The position numbers and the translations under genes are program-made. The notes beneath the pieces are model-generated. The model was not told the origin of the DNA. It searched no databases and worked only from the letters and a program-made list of their open reading frames with translations. A stretch of 28,205 nucleotides of DNA. It comes from a bacterium. GTDB lineage: Bacteria > Hydrothermota > 32-111. Shown here piece by piece: positions 17,412 to 25,921 of this stretch. The stretch lies in NCBI GenBank assembly GCA_046484245.1, contig JAWOBN010000107.1, forward strand, positions 1 through 28,205. The letters run 5' to 3'. Within the stretch, counting starts at the first letter, position 1. Each line of letters starts with the position of its first letter.

Positions 17412-20162
17412 ATGAAAAAGATTTCTGTAGTATTAATTATTCTCATTTTATCAGTGTTAGTTTTCTCTGATACAAACAGATCGGATTATAATATTGAGGT
17501 AATACTCAATACTGAAGAGAATATCTTGTCGGGAACAGAAGAGATCATATACCAAAATAATTCGGATGATACTATCAGCACAATCAATCTGCATCTCACA
17601 GCCAATTATTTTGAAGAGGATGGGGATTACTGGGAGGATCACGGCAGGCAGTATAATGAGAAGAAATCCGGATACATAAGGATTGATTCCATTTACAATA
17701 GTAATGGCAATATGAGATTTTCTGTAGATGGTACAATGGGATACATAGAACTCAATGAGAACCTTCCGCCCGGTTCTCTCTTAACTTTCAATATTGACTT
17801 TGTCAATAAGATACCCTATCCGTATCTGAGAGAAGGTACTCTGGACGGCAGATACGATATCTCGCAGTGGTATCCCAAAGTTGCTGTATATAAAGAGAGC
17901 AGATGGGCAGATTTTCAGGTATCCAAACACACTGAATTTTTCGGGGAATACGGTGATTACACTGTCTCTGTAACACTGCCCGGTAATTACTATGTTTTCG
18001 GCACAGGGTCTATGGATGACTCGCTGCGCAGCGAACTGCTGTCTGAACTGGACGGGGACAATTATTATAAGAACACTCAATCCGATACTCTACGGACAAT
18101 CACACTGAAAGCCGGCAATGTGAATGATTTTGCATTTATTGCAAGGAATGAGTTTTATTATTTCTATGATGATGAAGAGAATACTGCAGTAGAGATAGTC
18201 TGTTCCAAGTCAGGCAGGGAGACATATGCTGAGAGTATTGACGAGATAAGGGAAATCATCCGGTTCTTCTCGCAGAAATACATGGAATATCCGTATGACG
18301 AGATTACTGTGGCAGAGGGGCTCTTGAGAGCAGGCGGGGGCATGGAGTATCCCAATTTCATAATAATATCATCAATGATGCAGCCTGACAGGATGAAAAT
18401 TCCTTTTGTGGATATGAAACTCTTTCAGCAAGTGCTCTGTCATGAAATAGCCCATCAGTGGTTTTATCTCATAATAGGCAGTAATGAGGCTGAAGAGCCA
18501 TTTATGGATGAGGCGTTTGCTGTTTACAGTGAACTTGCCTATATGGAGCATGCCTATGGCAGAAACAACTATATGTCAATGTTTAACAGGCCTATTGTAT
18601 CACTCTTTGATAATTACTATATGTCATACATGTATGCACAGAGGAATAATCTCACAGCCCCAATGGATTATTCATCTTATGATTATGAGAATGATTATTC
18701 ATACGGGCTCAATGTTTACGGCAAGGGCATGCTTGTATTGAGGGCAATGGAGACAATGATAGGGGAAGATAAATTTGCATTAATGATGAAAAAATATTTT
18801 GACAGATTTGCTTTTACACATCCGTCCATATCCGAATTTGAGACATTTATAAACAATTATACAGACAATAAGTATTCAAGGAATATCAAGCATCTTCTCC
18901 ATGAGAATGTTTATAATGATTACTCAATCTCCGGTATTGACAGAAATGATAATGTGTATGAAATAAGCATCAGCAATTCCTCACCATTTGAGTTTGAGGT
19001 TCCTGTTGAAATTATCTATTCTGACGGTTCATCAGACACAATCATTACTTCAGATAAATTGCTTGTGAAGCTTGAAGAAAATAGGAAACTGTCCAATATA
19101 ATTATTGACCCGGATATGCGCTTTCTTGACACTGATTATTATAATAATATTCATAATAAGCACTTCAATATTCATCTACTTGATTATTCTCCTGATTATT
19201 TCTCCAATAATATCTACTTCCATCCCATGATGCAGCATTCACTTCCGGATAAATTCTCCTATGGTCTCGGCATTTATGCATGTGATATCCCGACAGTTGA
19301 ATTCAACAGGTATTCAATGTACGGGAACTGGGCATTGAAACTCTTCTTCGGATATAATCCTGTGACCCATTATCAGTACCAGCATGAATTTATCAGGAAT
19401 CAGGGTGAACAGATTATTACTCAGCTCATTCACAAATTCAAATATACCCCTCTTTACTATGAGATCTACAATGGAGTCAGGGCAGTGAGGCATGCCGAGG
19501 ATTATAATTATGAATTCAAATTGCTGGGCCATTACCGTAAAACAGACACATTACCTCATTTCTCTGACAAGATATTTACAGGCAAATTATCGCGCCTTCT
19601 AATCAGTATGAATTATTTCAGCAAGGAGTCATTCTATTCATTCTATATATATCCCATTGTTGAGATATCTGACCCTATTCTATACTCTTCAACAGAATAT
19701 CAGAAAATTGATGTAAAAGGAGGAATTTCTGTACCTGCAGGCAAACTGTCAGTTTCATTGAATATTGACGGCGGATTCATACTCGGTGATGTCAATGTAG
19801 AAAACAGCTATTATCTCAAATCATCAGAATTGACACTGTTCAGGGAACGCAGTGCATCTCTGGGTAATTACGGATTTGAGCTGGGATACAATAATGGCAT
19901 GGGCTATATAATGGACAATGATAACCTGCATAAATCTATTGAGAAACTGTCACTGGAAGCAGGGAACAGTATTTTTAAGACATATTTCAGTAATTATTTT
20001 GCCTCTGCTGATTACAGTCAGTGGGATTATCATTATCAGACAGGCATTAAAATGCGGTTAGGCAGATTCCTTACAGTGGACATACCGGTGTATAATGACA
20101 GTGAGGGACTTTTGATAGGTCAGGCACTGGGTATATATCTGTCATCTGAAATAATTAAATAA
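17412..20162 (+). CDS. secreted M1 family zinc aminopeptidase with C-terminal beta-rich extension
   Basis: GGAG RBS and ATG at 17412; signal peptide; QWYPK, GGMEYP (GAMEN-like), HEIAHQW plus downstream MDEAF Glu, VYGKG. Confidence 0.9.
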   Translation: MKKISVVLIILILSVLVFSDTNRSDYNIEVILNTEENILSGTEEIIYQNNSDDTISTINLHLTANYFEEDGDYWEDHGRQYNEKKSGYIRIDSIYNSNGNMRFSVDGTMGYIELNENLPPGSLLTFNIDFVNKIPYPYLREGTLDGRYDISQWYPKVAVYKESRWADFQVSKHTEFFGEYGDYTVSVTLPGNYYVFGTGSMDDSLRSELLSELDGDNYYKNTQSDTLRTITLKAGNVNDFAFIARNEFYYFYDDEENTAVEIVCSKSGRETYAESIDEIREIIRFFSQKYMEYPYDEITVAEGLLRAGGGMEYPNFIIISSMMQPDRMKIPFVDMKLFQQVLCHEIAHQWFYLIIGSNEAEEPFMDEAFAVYSELAYMEHAYGRNNYMSMFNRPIVSLFDNYYMSYMYAQRNNLTAPMDYSSYDYENDYSYGLNVYGKGMLVLRAMETMIGEDKFALMMKKYFDRFAFTHPSISEFETFINNYTDNKYSRNIKHLLHENVYNDYSISGIDRNDNVYEISISNSSPFEFEVPVEIIYSDGSSDTIITSDKLLVKLEENRKLSNIIIDPDMRFLDTDYYNNIHNKHFNIHLLDYSPDYFSNNIYFHPMMQHSLPDKFSYGLGIYACDIPTVEFNRYSMYGNWALKLFFGYNPVTHYQYQHEFIRNQGEQIITQLIHKFKYTPLYYEIYNGVRAVRHAEDYNYEFKLLGHYRKTDTLPHFSDKIFTGKLSRLLISMNYFSKESFYSFYIYPIVEISDPILYSSTEYQKIDVKGGISVPAGKLSVSLNIDGGFILGDVNVENSYYLKSSELTLFRERSASLGNYGFELGYNNGMGYIMDNDNLHKSIEKLSLEAGNSIFKTYFSNYFASADYSQWDYHYQTGIKMRLGRFLTVDIPVYNDSEGLLIGQALGIYLSSEIIK

Positions 20163-20181
20163 TAATAGGGAGGGGGTGTTT

Positions 20182-20874
20182 ATGTGCGTAATACTTGTCG
20201 GAGTACTGAAGCATCCTGAGGACCTTGAGCTGCTGCTCAATGATAAGGTTTACCGCATACCGGTTGAGAATATGCCTGTTCGGCCCTTTGACGGCATTGC
20301 ATTCTATCAGCCGGCATCCTGGGCAGGAGAGCCCGGGCGTATTCAGTATTATGGTTTAATTGATTCAGATAAGATTGTTTCCAAAGAGAGTATTAATATA
20401 CCCGGCAGTATTCCGGAGCATGAGAGATACTATCTGTTCAGATTCAGCAGTATAATAAAACTCACAAGACCGGTATTGAATAAATCGGGGACCAGGGTAT
20501 CGTTTCACTATACTGATGAGGACACACTGAGGCAGTCCGGCACACTGCTTGAACTCTTTGATATGCCTGATATTGAGATGAAGGTGATGAATATTCTGGA
20601 TGATATGTCCATTCATTATGATAGGGAGTATTATGTGCCTGTTGAGAATGCAAATTACTACAGGCTGGATTTTGCTGTTATATCAAAAGACAGGAAAATT
20701 GACATTGAATGCGACGGTAAAGCAAGTCATTCAACACCCGGTCAGAAAGAATATGACCGGAAGAGAGATGCTGCTCTCATGGCAGACGGGTGGACTGTAC
20801 TGCGCCTCAAAGAGAGGATGATTGTAAATAATCCCAATAAATGCAGAGAGGCAATAGCAAATATACTCAAGTGA
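20182..20874 (+). CDS. DUF559/Vsr-like endonuclease domain protein with N-terminal PUA/EVE-like domain
   Basis: C-half YRLDFA, IDIECDG..SH, D.KRD..L...GWTVLRL is DUF559-like. N-half VYRIP...IAFYQP...IQYYG is a separate domain. GGAGG RBS at 20169-20173. Confidence 0.8.
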   Translation: MCVILVGVLKHPEDLELLLNDKVYRIPVENMPVRPFDGIAFYQPASWAGEPGRIQYYGLIDSDKIVSKESINIPGSIPEHERYYLFRFSSIIKLTRPVLNKSGTRVSFHYTDEDTLRQSGTLLELFDMPDIEMKVMNILDDMSIHYDREYYVPVENANYYRLDFAVISKDRKIDIECDGKASHSTPGQKEYDRKRDAALMADGWTVLRLKERMIVNNPNKCREAIANILK

Positions 20875-21046
20875 TTCCAAATAGTCCAAATCCCGGGGGC
20901 GTCCCTTGAAATTGTAGAAATAGGTTCTTCTCCAAAAGAGTTGGAAAAGAAAGATGACTTCTCAATGGACAAAGTGTGAAATGCTGTGAGATTATTTTAC
21001 CCCACAATGTGACATTTTACCGGGATTTACACTGGAATGTAAACAC

Positions 21047-21075
21047 TTGACTATGAGGGTATTAATTACTATAAT
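21047..21075 (+). promoter_or_regulatory. sigma70-type promoter of prfB operon
   Basis: TTGACT-17 bp-TATAAT ending 8 nt before the ATG. Confidence 0.7.
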
Positions 21076-21083
21076 ACAAAACT

Positions 21084-22193
21084 ATGTTGGATAATAAAAT
21101 AAGAGAAAAACTCAATGATTTAGAGAAGAATGTTGAAGACCTCAAATCCCATGTTGATACGGATGTCTGGAAGGAAGAAGTCTCCCGCCTTGAACAGAAG
21201 ATGCAGGATCCGAACTTCTGGGACAATCCGAAAAAAGCAGCCAGGATATCACGCAGGGTGAAGCTTCTCAAGGACAGAATAGAGTCATTTAATTCCATTA
21301 TAGGGGACTTTGATTCTGCTGTTGAACTCTCTGAAATGGCTGATGAATCCATGCAGAATGAGATGGAGGAGATGATAGACAGTATTGCTGAAAAGGCTGA
21401 TGAACTCCAGACAGAACTGCTGCTTACAGATGAGATGGATGAGAATGATGCTATTTTTGATATTCATCCGGGGGCAGGCGGTACTGAATCATGCGACTGG
21501 GCTGAAATCCTTCTCAGGATGTATATAAGGTATTTCCAGAACAAGGGATTCAAATATACAGTAATGGACAGGGAAGACGGTGATGTGGCAGGTATCAAGA
21601 ATGTGACAATCAATGTATCCGGTGAATATGCCTATGGCTATCTCAAAGCTGAGATAGGAGTGCACCGTCTTGTGAGGGTCTCACCATTTGACAGCAACAA
21701 CAGGCGGCATACCTCATTTGCCTCAGTATATGTTTATCCGGATATTGATAAGGACAGTGATTTTGAGATAGATGAAAATGAGCTGCGTATTGACACATTC
21801 CGTTCAAGCGGTCCGGGCGGCCAGAGTGTCAATAAGATATCCAGTGCAATAAGGATAACACATGAGCCCTCAGGTATTGTTGCCCAGTCCCAGACAGAAC
21901 GCTCGCAGCATCAGAATAAAGAGAATGCAATGAAGATACTCAAGGCAAAGGTGTATGAGCATTACAGAAGGATAGAAGAAGAGAAGCTCAATAAAAAGCT
22001 TGCTGACAAAAAGAGCATAGAATGGGGCAATCAGATACGCTCTTATGTCCTTTATCCGTATAAGATGGTGAAGGACCTCAGAACAAAGTATGAGACAGGT
22101 GATGTGGACAGTGTGCTGGATGGAAAATTGGACAGATTTATTAAAGAGTATCTTATGATGAAAGCAAAGGATTCAGGAGGTAGTAGTGACTGA
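21084..22193 (+). CDS. prfB: peptide chain release factor 2 (single ORF, no frameshift)
   Basis: PNFWDNP, GAGGTESCDWA, GVHRLVRVSPF (RF2 SPF tripeptide), RRHTSF, GPGGQ, WGNQIRSY. Confidence 0.97.
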   Translation: MLDNKIREKLNDLEKNVEDLKSHVDTDVWKEEVSRLEQKMQDPNFWDNPKKAARISRRVKLLKDRIESFNSIIGDFDSAVELSEMADESMQNEMEEMIDSIAEKADELQTELLLTDEMDENDAIFDIHPGAGGTESCDWAEILLRMYIRYFQNKGFKYTVMDREDGDVAGIKNVTINVSGEYAYGYLKAEIGVHRLVRVSPFDSNNRRHTSFASVYVYPDIDKDSDFEIDENELRIDTFRSSGPGGQSVNKISSAIRITHEPSGIVAQSQTERSQHQNKENAMKILKAKVYEHYRRIEEEKLNKKLADKKSIEWGNQIRSYVLYPYKMVKDLRTKYETGDVDSVLDGKLDRFIKEYLMMKAKDSGGSSD

Positions 22194-23637
22194 AGACAGG
22201 AATTTTCTTATAAAGCAGATGGAAGAGAATTTACATAAAATGAGAGAAAGGGGAATAGAACCCTACAAGTATTCCTACAAGGTAAGCCACAAGGTATCAG
22301 AGATTTTGAAAGACCCTGAACAATTCATTGAGAAGGATCCGGTCTCTCTTGCAGGCAGGATAATGTCCAAACGCAGGCACGGCAAGGTGATGTTTCTTGA
22401 TATCCTTGATGAGGATTCTCAAATCCAGGTCTATATGCGCAAGGATGAGATAGGTGGAGAACATTATGAAATAGCAAAGCTTCTTGATATTGGCGATATT
22501 GTGGGGGTCACAGGACCCATATTCAAGACAAGAACAGAAGAGCTCACAGTCAAGACATCGGTATTTGAAGTGCTTTCAAAATCTATTCGCCCCATGCCTG
22601 AAAAATTCCACGGACTCAAGGACAAGGAGATAAGATACAGAAAGAGATACCTTGATCTTATCATGAATGGAAAATCCAAGGAAACTTTTATAAGAAGGGC
22701 TCAGATAATTGATACAATAAGGGATACACTCAAAGAGTATGACTATCTTGAAGTGGAGACCCCCATACTGCAGCCTATTTACGGCGGCGCATTTGCTGAA
22801 CCCTTTGTAACCCATCATAATTCCCTTGATATGGATCTCTATTTGAGGATTGCTGATGAACTCTATCTCAAGCGTCTGATCATAGGGGGATTCAACAGGG
22901 TCTTTGAATTTGCAAAGGATTTCCGCAATGAGGGAATAGACAGAACGCATAATCCGGAATTCACACAGGTGGAATTCTATCAGGCATATGCTGACTACAA
23001 TGATATGATGGAGCTTGTTGAGGAGATATTTGAGCGGCTGGTCCCTCAGAAGAAAATTACCTATCAGGACAATGAATTGGATTTTACCAGACCGTGGAAG
23101 AGGGTGGACTTTTATGATTCAATAGAAGAGGCAACAGGCCGTGACCTTAAAGGCAAGTCAGTAGAGGAATTGAAAGGTATTGCCGAAGAACTGGGTATTG
23201 ATATTGAGAACAAGAAGACATTCGGCAAAGTAATTGACGCAATATTTGAAGAGACTGTCCAGAACAAAATAACTAATCCGTCTTTTATTATAAATCATCC
23301 ATTTGAAATATCACCCCTTGCCAAAAAGCACAGGGACAGGCAGGGTGTTGTTGAAAGATTTGAACCGGTTATTGCAGGCATGGAGATAGGCAATGCATTT
23401 TCAGAACTCAATGACCCCATTGAACAGAAGGACAGATTCATCACACAGGTGGAGGAAAGGAAGAGCGGTGACTCTGAGGCATTTGACATGGATGCGGATT
23501 TCATCGAGGCAATCAGTCAGGGAATGCCGCCGACAGGCGGTGTGGGCCTGGGGATTGACAGAATAGTCATGCTTCTTACAGATAACCCGTCCATCAGGGA
23601 CGTCCTTCTTTTCCCGCTGCTGAGACCGGAAAAATGA
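22186..23637 (+). CDS. lysS: lysine--tRNA ligase (class II)
   Basis: GTG start with AGGAGG RBS; OB-fold AGRIMSKR, RYRKRYLDL, EVETP, FRNEGIDRTHNPEFT, NAFSELNDP, GMPPTGGVGLGIDR. Confidence 0.98.
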   Translation: MTEDRNFLIKQMEENLHKMRERGIEPYKYSYKVSHKVSEILKDPEQFIEKDPVSLAGRIMSKRRHGKVMFLDILDEDSQIQVYMRKDEIGGEHYEIAKLLDIGDIVGVTGPIFKTRTEELTVKTSVFEVLSKSIRPMPEKFHGLKDKEIRYRKRYLDLIMNGKSKETFIRRAQIIDTIRDTLKEYDYLEVETPILQPIYGGAFAEPFVTHHNSLDMDLYLRIADELYLKRLIIGGFNRVFEFAKDFRNEGIDRTHNPEFTQVEFYQAYADYNDMMELVEEIFERLVPQKKITYQDNELDFTRPWKRVDFYDSIEEATGRDLKGKSVEELKGIAEELGIDIENKKTFGKVIDAIFEETVQNKITNPSFIINHPFEISPLAKKHRDRQGVVERFEPVIAGMEIGNAFSELNDPIEQKDRFITQVEERKSGDSEAFDMDADFIEAISQGMPPTGGVGLGIDRIVMLLTDNPSIRDVLLFPLLRPEK

Positions 23638-24854
23638 ACTATACATTCTTTATTGCATTAAAGCATTTATTCGGAAGAAGAAAGAATGTCTTCGGCTATA
23701 TTACAACTGCCATATCCATTGGCGGTATATTCATTGGAGTAGCTGCTCTTATTATTGTACTGTCAGTAATGAACGGATTTCAGAAGGATGTCAAGGAGCG
23801 TATTGTTGACATCAATGCCCATATTATTGTCCTGAAATATTTCAATGAAACAATTGCTGAAAATGAGGTTCCCGAATTAATGGATTCGCTGAGAACAATA
23901 GATGAGATTGAGCAGATGAATAGATTCGTTTACTCCAAGGGACTCATACAATACAAGAATTATACTGACGGTATAATCATCAGAGGTGTGGATGTCTCGG
24001 ACAGTAATGAAAGAGAGATACTTAAAAAACATGTGAAATTCGGTGATATACCCCAAGGCATGGATCAAATAATGCTCGGTATAGACCTTGCAGAGGCAAT
24101 AAGGGCTCATACCGGTGATACAATCAAAATTGCCATGCCGTTTGCTTCATCTCAGAAAGGTACTTCTATGATTCCTGAAGTGAGAAAGTTTGAGGTAGCA
24201 GGTATTTTTGATGCAGGCATGTATCAGTATAATTCAGAACTCGTCTATATACCACTTGATGCTGCTTCAGATATGTTTGGTCTGGAAGGCGGGGTGAGCG
24301 GTATTGAGCTGCGCATAAAAGACATATACAGGGCACCTCAGATATCCGGATTGATCAAGGAAAAACTCGGTTATCCGTACAGGACAAATAACTGGATTGA
24401 CCTTAACGGCTCACTCTTCTCTGCACTTGCTCTTGAAAAAAAGCTTATGTTCATACTGCTGCTGCTCATAATAATTGTGGCTGCTTTCAATATAATAACG
24501 ACCCTCATAATGATTGTCATGGAAAAAACAACGGAGATAGGCATATTGAAGACACTGGGACTGAGTAATTACGAGATACTGAAGGTCTTTATATATCAGG
24601 GGCTTGTTATTACAATGATAGGCACAGTGCTGGGTGTTATTGCAGGTCTCATAGCATGCTATTTTCTTGCTAAATATCAGTTCATCAATATCCCCGGCAA
24701 TGTTTATCTGCTGGACAAGCTTCCGGTAGAGGTGAGAATACTTGACATAATACTTACAATCATTATATCCTATGTTCTGTCATTTACAGCAACACTGTAT
24801 CCTGCAATGAAGGCTGCCCGGATGAATCCCGTGGAGGCAATACGATATGAATAG
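23634..24854 (+). CDS. lolE: lipoprotein-releasing ABC transporter permease (LolC/E family)
   Basis: GVAALIIVLSVMNGF, VAAFNI..TL.M.V.EK..EIGILK, TLYPA.KAA..NPVEAIRYE. It is a single permease gene, so the C/E/F subtype is uncertain. Confidence 0.88.
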   Translation: MNYTFFIALKHLFGRRKNVFGYITTAISIGGIFIGVAALIIVLSVMNGFQKDVKERIVDINAHIIVLKYFNETIAENEVPELMDSLRTIDEIEQMNRFVYSKGLIQYKNYTDGIIIRGVDVSDSNEREILKKHVKFGDIPQGMDQIMLGIDLAEAIRAHTGDTIKIAMPFASSQKGTSMIPEVRKFEVAGIFDAGMYQYNSELVYIPLDAASDMFGLEGGVSGIELRIKDIYRAPQISGLIKEKLGYPYRTNNWIDLNGSLFSALALEKKLMFILLLLIIIVAAFNIITTLIMIVMEKTTEIGILKTLGLSNYEILKVFIYQGLVITMIGTVLGVIAGLIACYFLAKYQFINIPGNVYLLDKLPVEVRILDIILTIIISYVLSFTATLYPAMKAARMNPVEAIRYE

Positions 24855-25524
24855 CATACTCAGAGCCAGCGGTGTGACAAAGAGATATACAGTGATGAAG
24901 AAATCCGTTGATGTATTGAAAAGTATTGACCTTCCTATTGAAGAGGGCAAAATAATATTTATAAAGGGGCCTTCTGGTGCAGGCAAATCAACATTACTTC
25001 ATATTCTCGGTTCATTGGACAAGCCGACAGAAGGTTCAGTCTATTACAGGGACACTGAATTATATAAATTATCAGACCGCAAATTATCCCGGTGGAGGAA
25101 CAAGAACATAGGATTCATATTCCAATTTCATTATCTGCTCAATGATTTTACTGCTGCAGACAATATCCTGCTGCCCTATATGTTCTCCAAAAACAAGCTT
25201 TCAGTAGGAAGGGAAAGAACTGATATGCTGATGAATAATCTCGGTGTATACCACAGAAAGGATCATAAACCGTCTGAACTATCCGGCGGTGAACAGCAGC
25301 GCATTGCTGTAGCCAGAGCACTGGTCAATGACCCTCAGATCATTCTTGCTGATGAACCGACAGGCAACCTTGATTCAGTCAATACGCATTTCATTATGGA
25401 GTTCTTCAGGGAACTCAACAGGAAAGAGGGCAAGACCTTTGTTATTGTCACTCATGAAAATGAATTGACCCAGTATGCTGACAGTGTCGTGAACCTCAGA
25501 GACGGCTTGCTTGTCACTGACTAA
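24847..25524 (+). CDS. lolD: lipoprotein-releasing ABC transporter ATP-binding protein
   Basis: GPSGAGKST, IGFIFQFHYLL (LolD motif), LSGGEQQR, ILADEPTGNLD, VTH. Confidence 0.9.
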   Translation: MNSILRASGVTKRYTVMKKSVDVLKSIDLPIEEGKIIFIKGPSGAGKSTLLHILGSLDKPTEGSVYYRDTELYKLSDRKLSRWRNKNIGFIFQFHYLLNDFTAADNILLPYMFSKNKLSVGRERTDMLMNNLGVYHRKDHKPSELSGGEQQRIAVARALVNDPQIILADEPTGNLDSVNTHFIMEFFRELNRKEGKTFVIVTHENELTQYADSVVNLRDGLLVTD

Positions 25525-25700
25525 CTGTTGTTTGATACCGGGTTAATATTCCCTGTTTCAGCAAATCATAAGCTTCAAAATATCCAATAAAAAGCTTTAT
25601 CATCTCTCCGTCTTTCCTCATAAGAAAAAGTCACTGAATATAATTATTATGTATTGTTTTTTCTTAATAAAAAAGCATTTAGCATAGTGATTGATGTAAT

Positions 25701-25804
25701 GACAGTGAGGCTCACACATTCTCATCAGCACCGAATTATCGGTTATGCACGGGTTGGCAAAGGTGCTTTCTGAGAACTGTCCTCGCCTCATATCTTTTAT
25801 GAGG
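25701..25804. other. structured intergenic element (long imperfect hairpin)
   Basis: Nested pairings TGAGGC/GCCTCA, TTCTCA/TGAGAA, AGCACC/GGTGCT, plus an alternative CCTCATA/TATGAGG hairpin. No RNA family recognised. Confidence 0.45.
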
Positions 25805-25851
25805 AAACATATGTCTTTCAAGTACTTTAATTTTGAGGAATAACGTCTCTC

Positions 25852-25879
25852 TTGACTAAAAATTTTAATCTGTTAAATT
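25852..25879 (+). promoter_or_regulatory. sigma70-type promoter for rocD
   Basis: TTGACT-16 bp-TAAATT with a TGn extension; AAGGAG RBS before the ATG. Confidence 0.5.
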
Positions 25880-25921
25880 CTATCTGAAATCAGCTTCTTA
25901 ATTTACAAAAAAGGAGTTTCT

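Noticed and set aside
25618..25821. 67 aa minus-strand ORF, and SRP/hammerhead/riboswitch identity for the hairpin
   Set aside because: The ORF lacks an RBS and recognisable features. There is no SRP CAGG..GGAA..AGCAG motif. CTGATGA and GAAA occur on the minus strand but not in hammerhead stem geometry.
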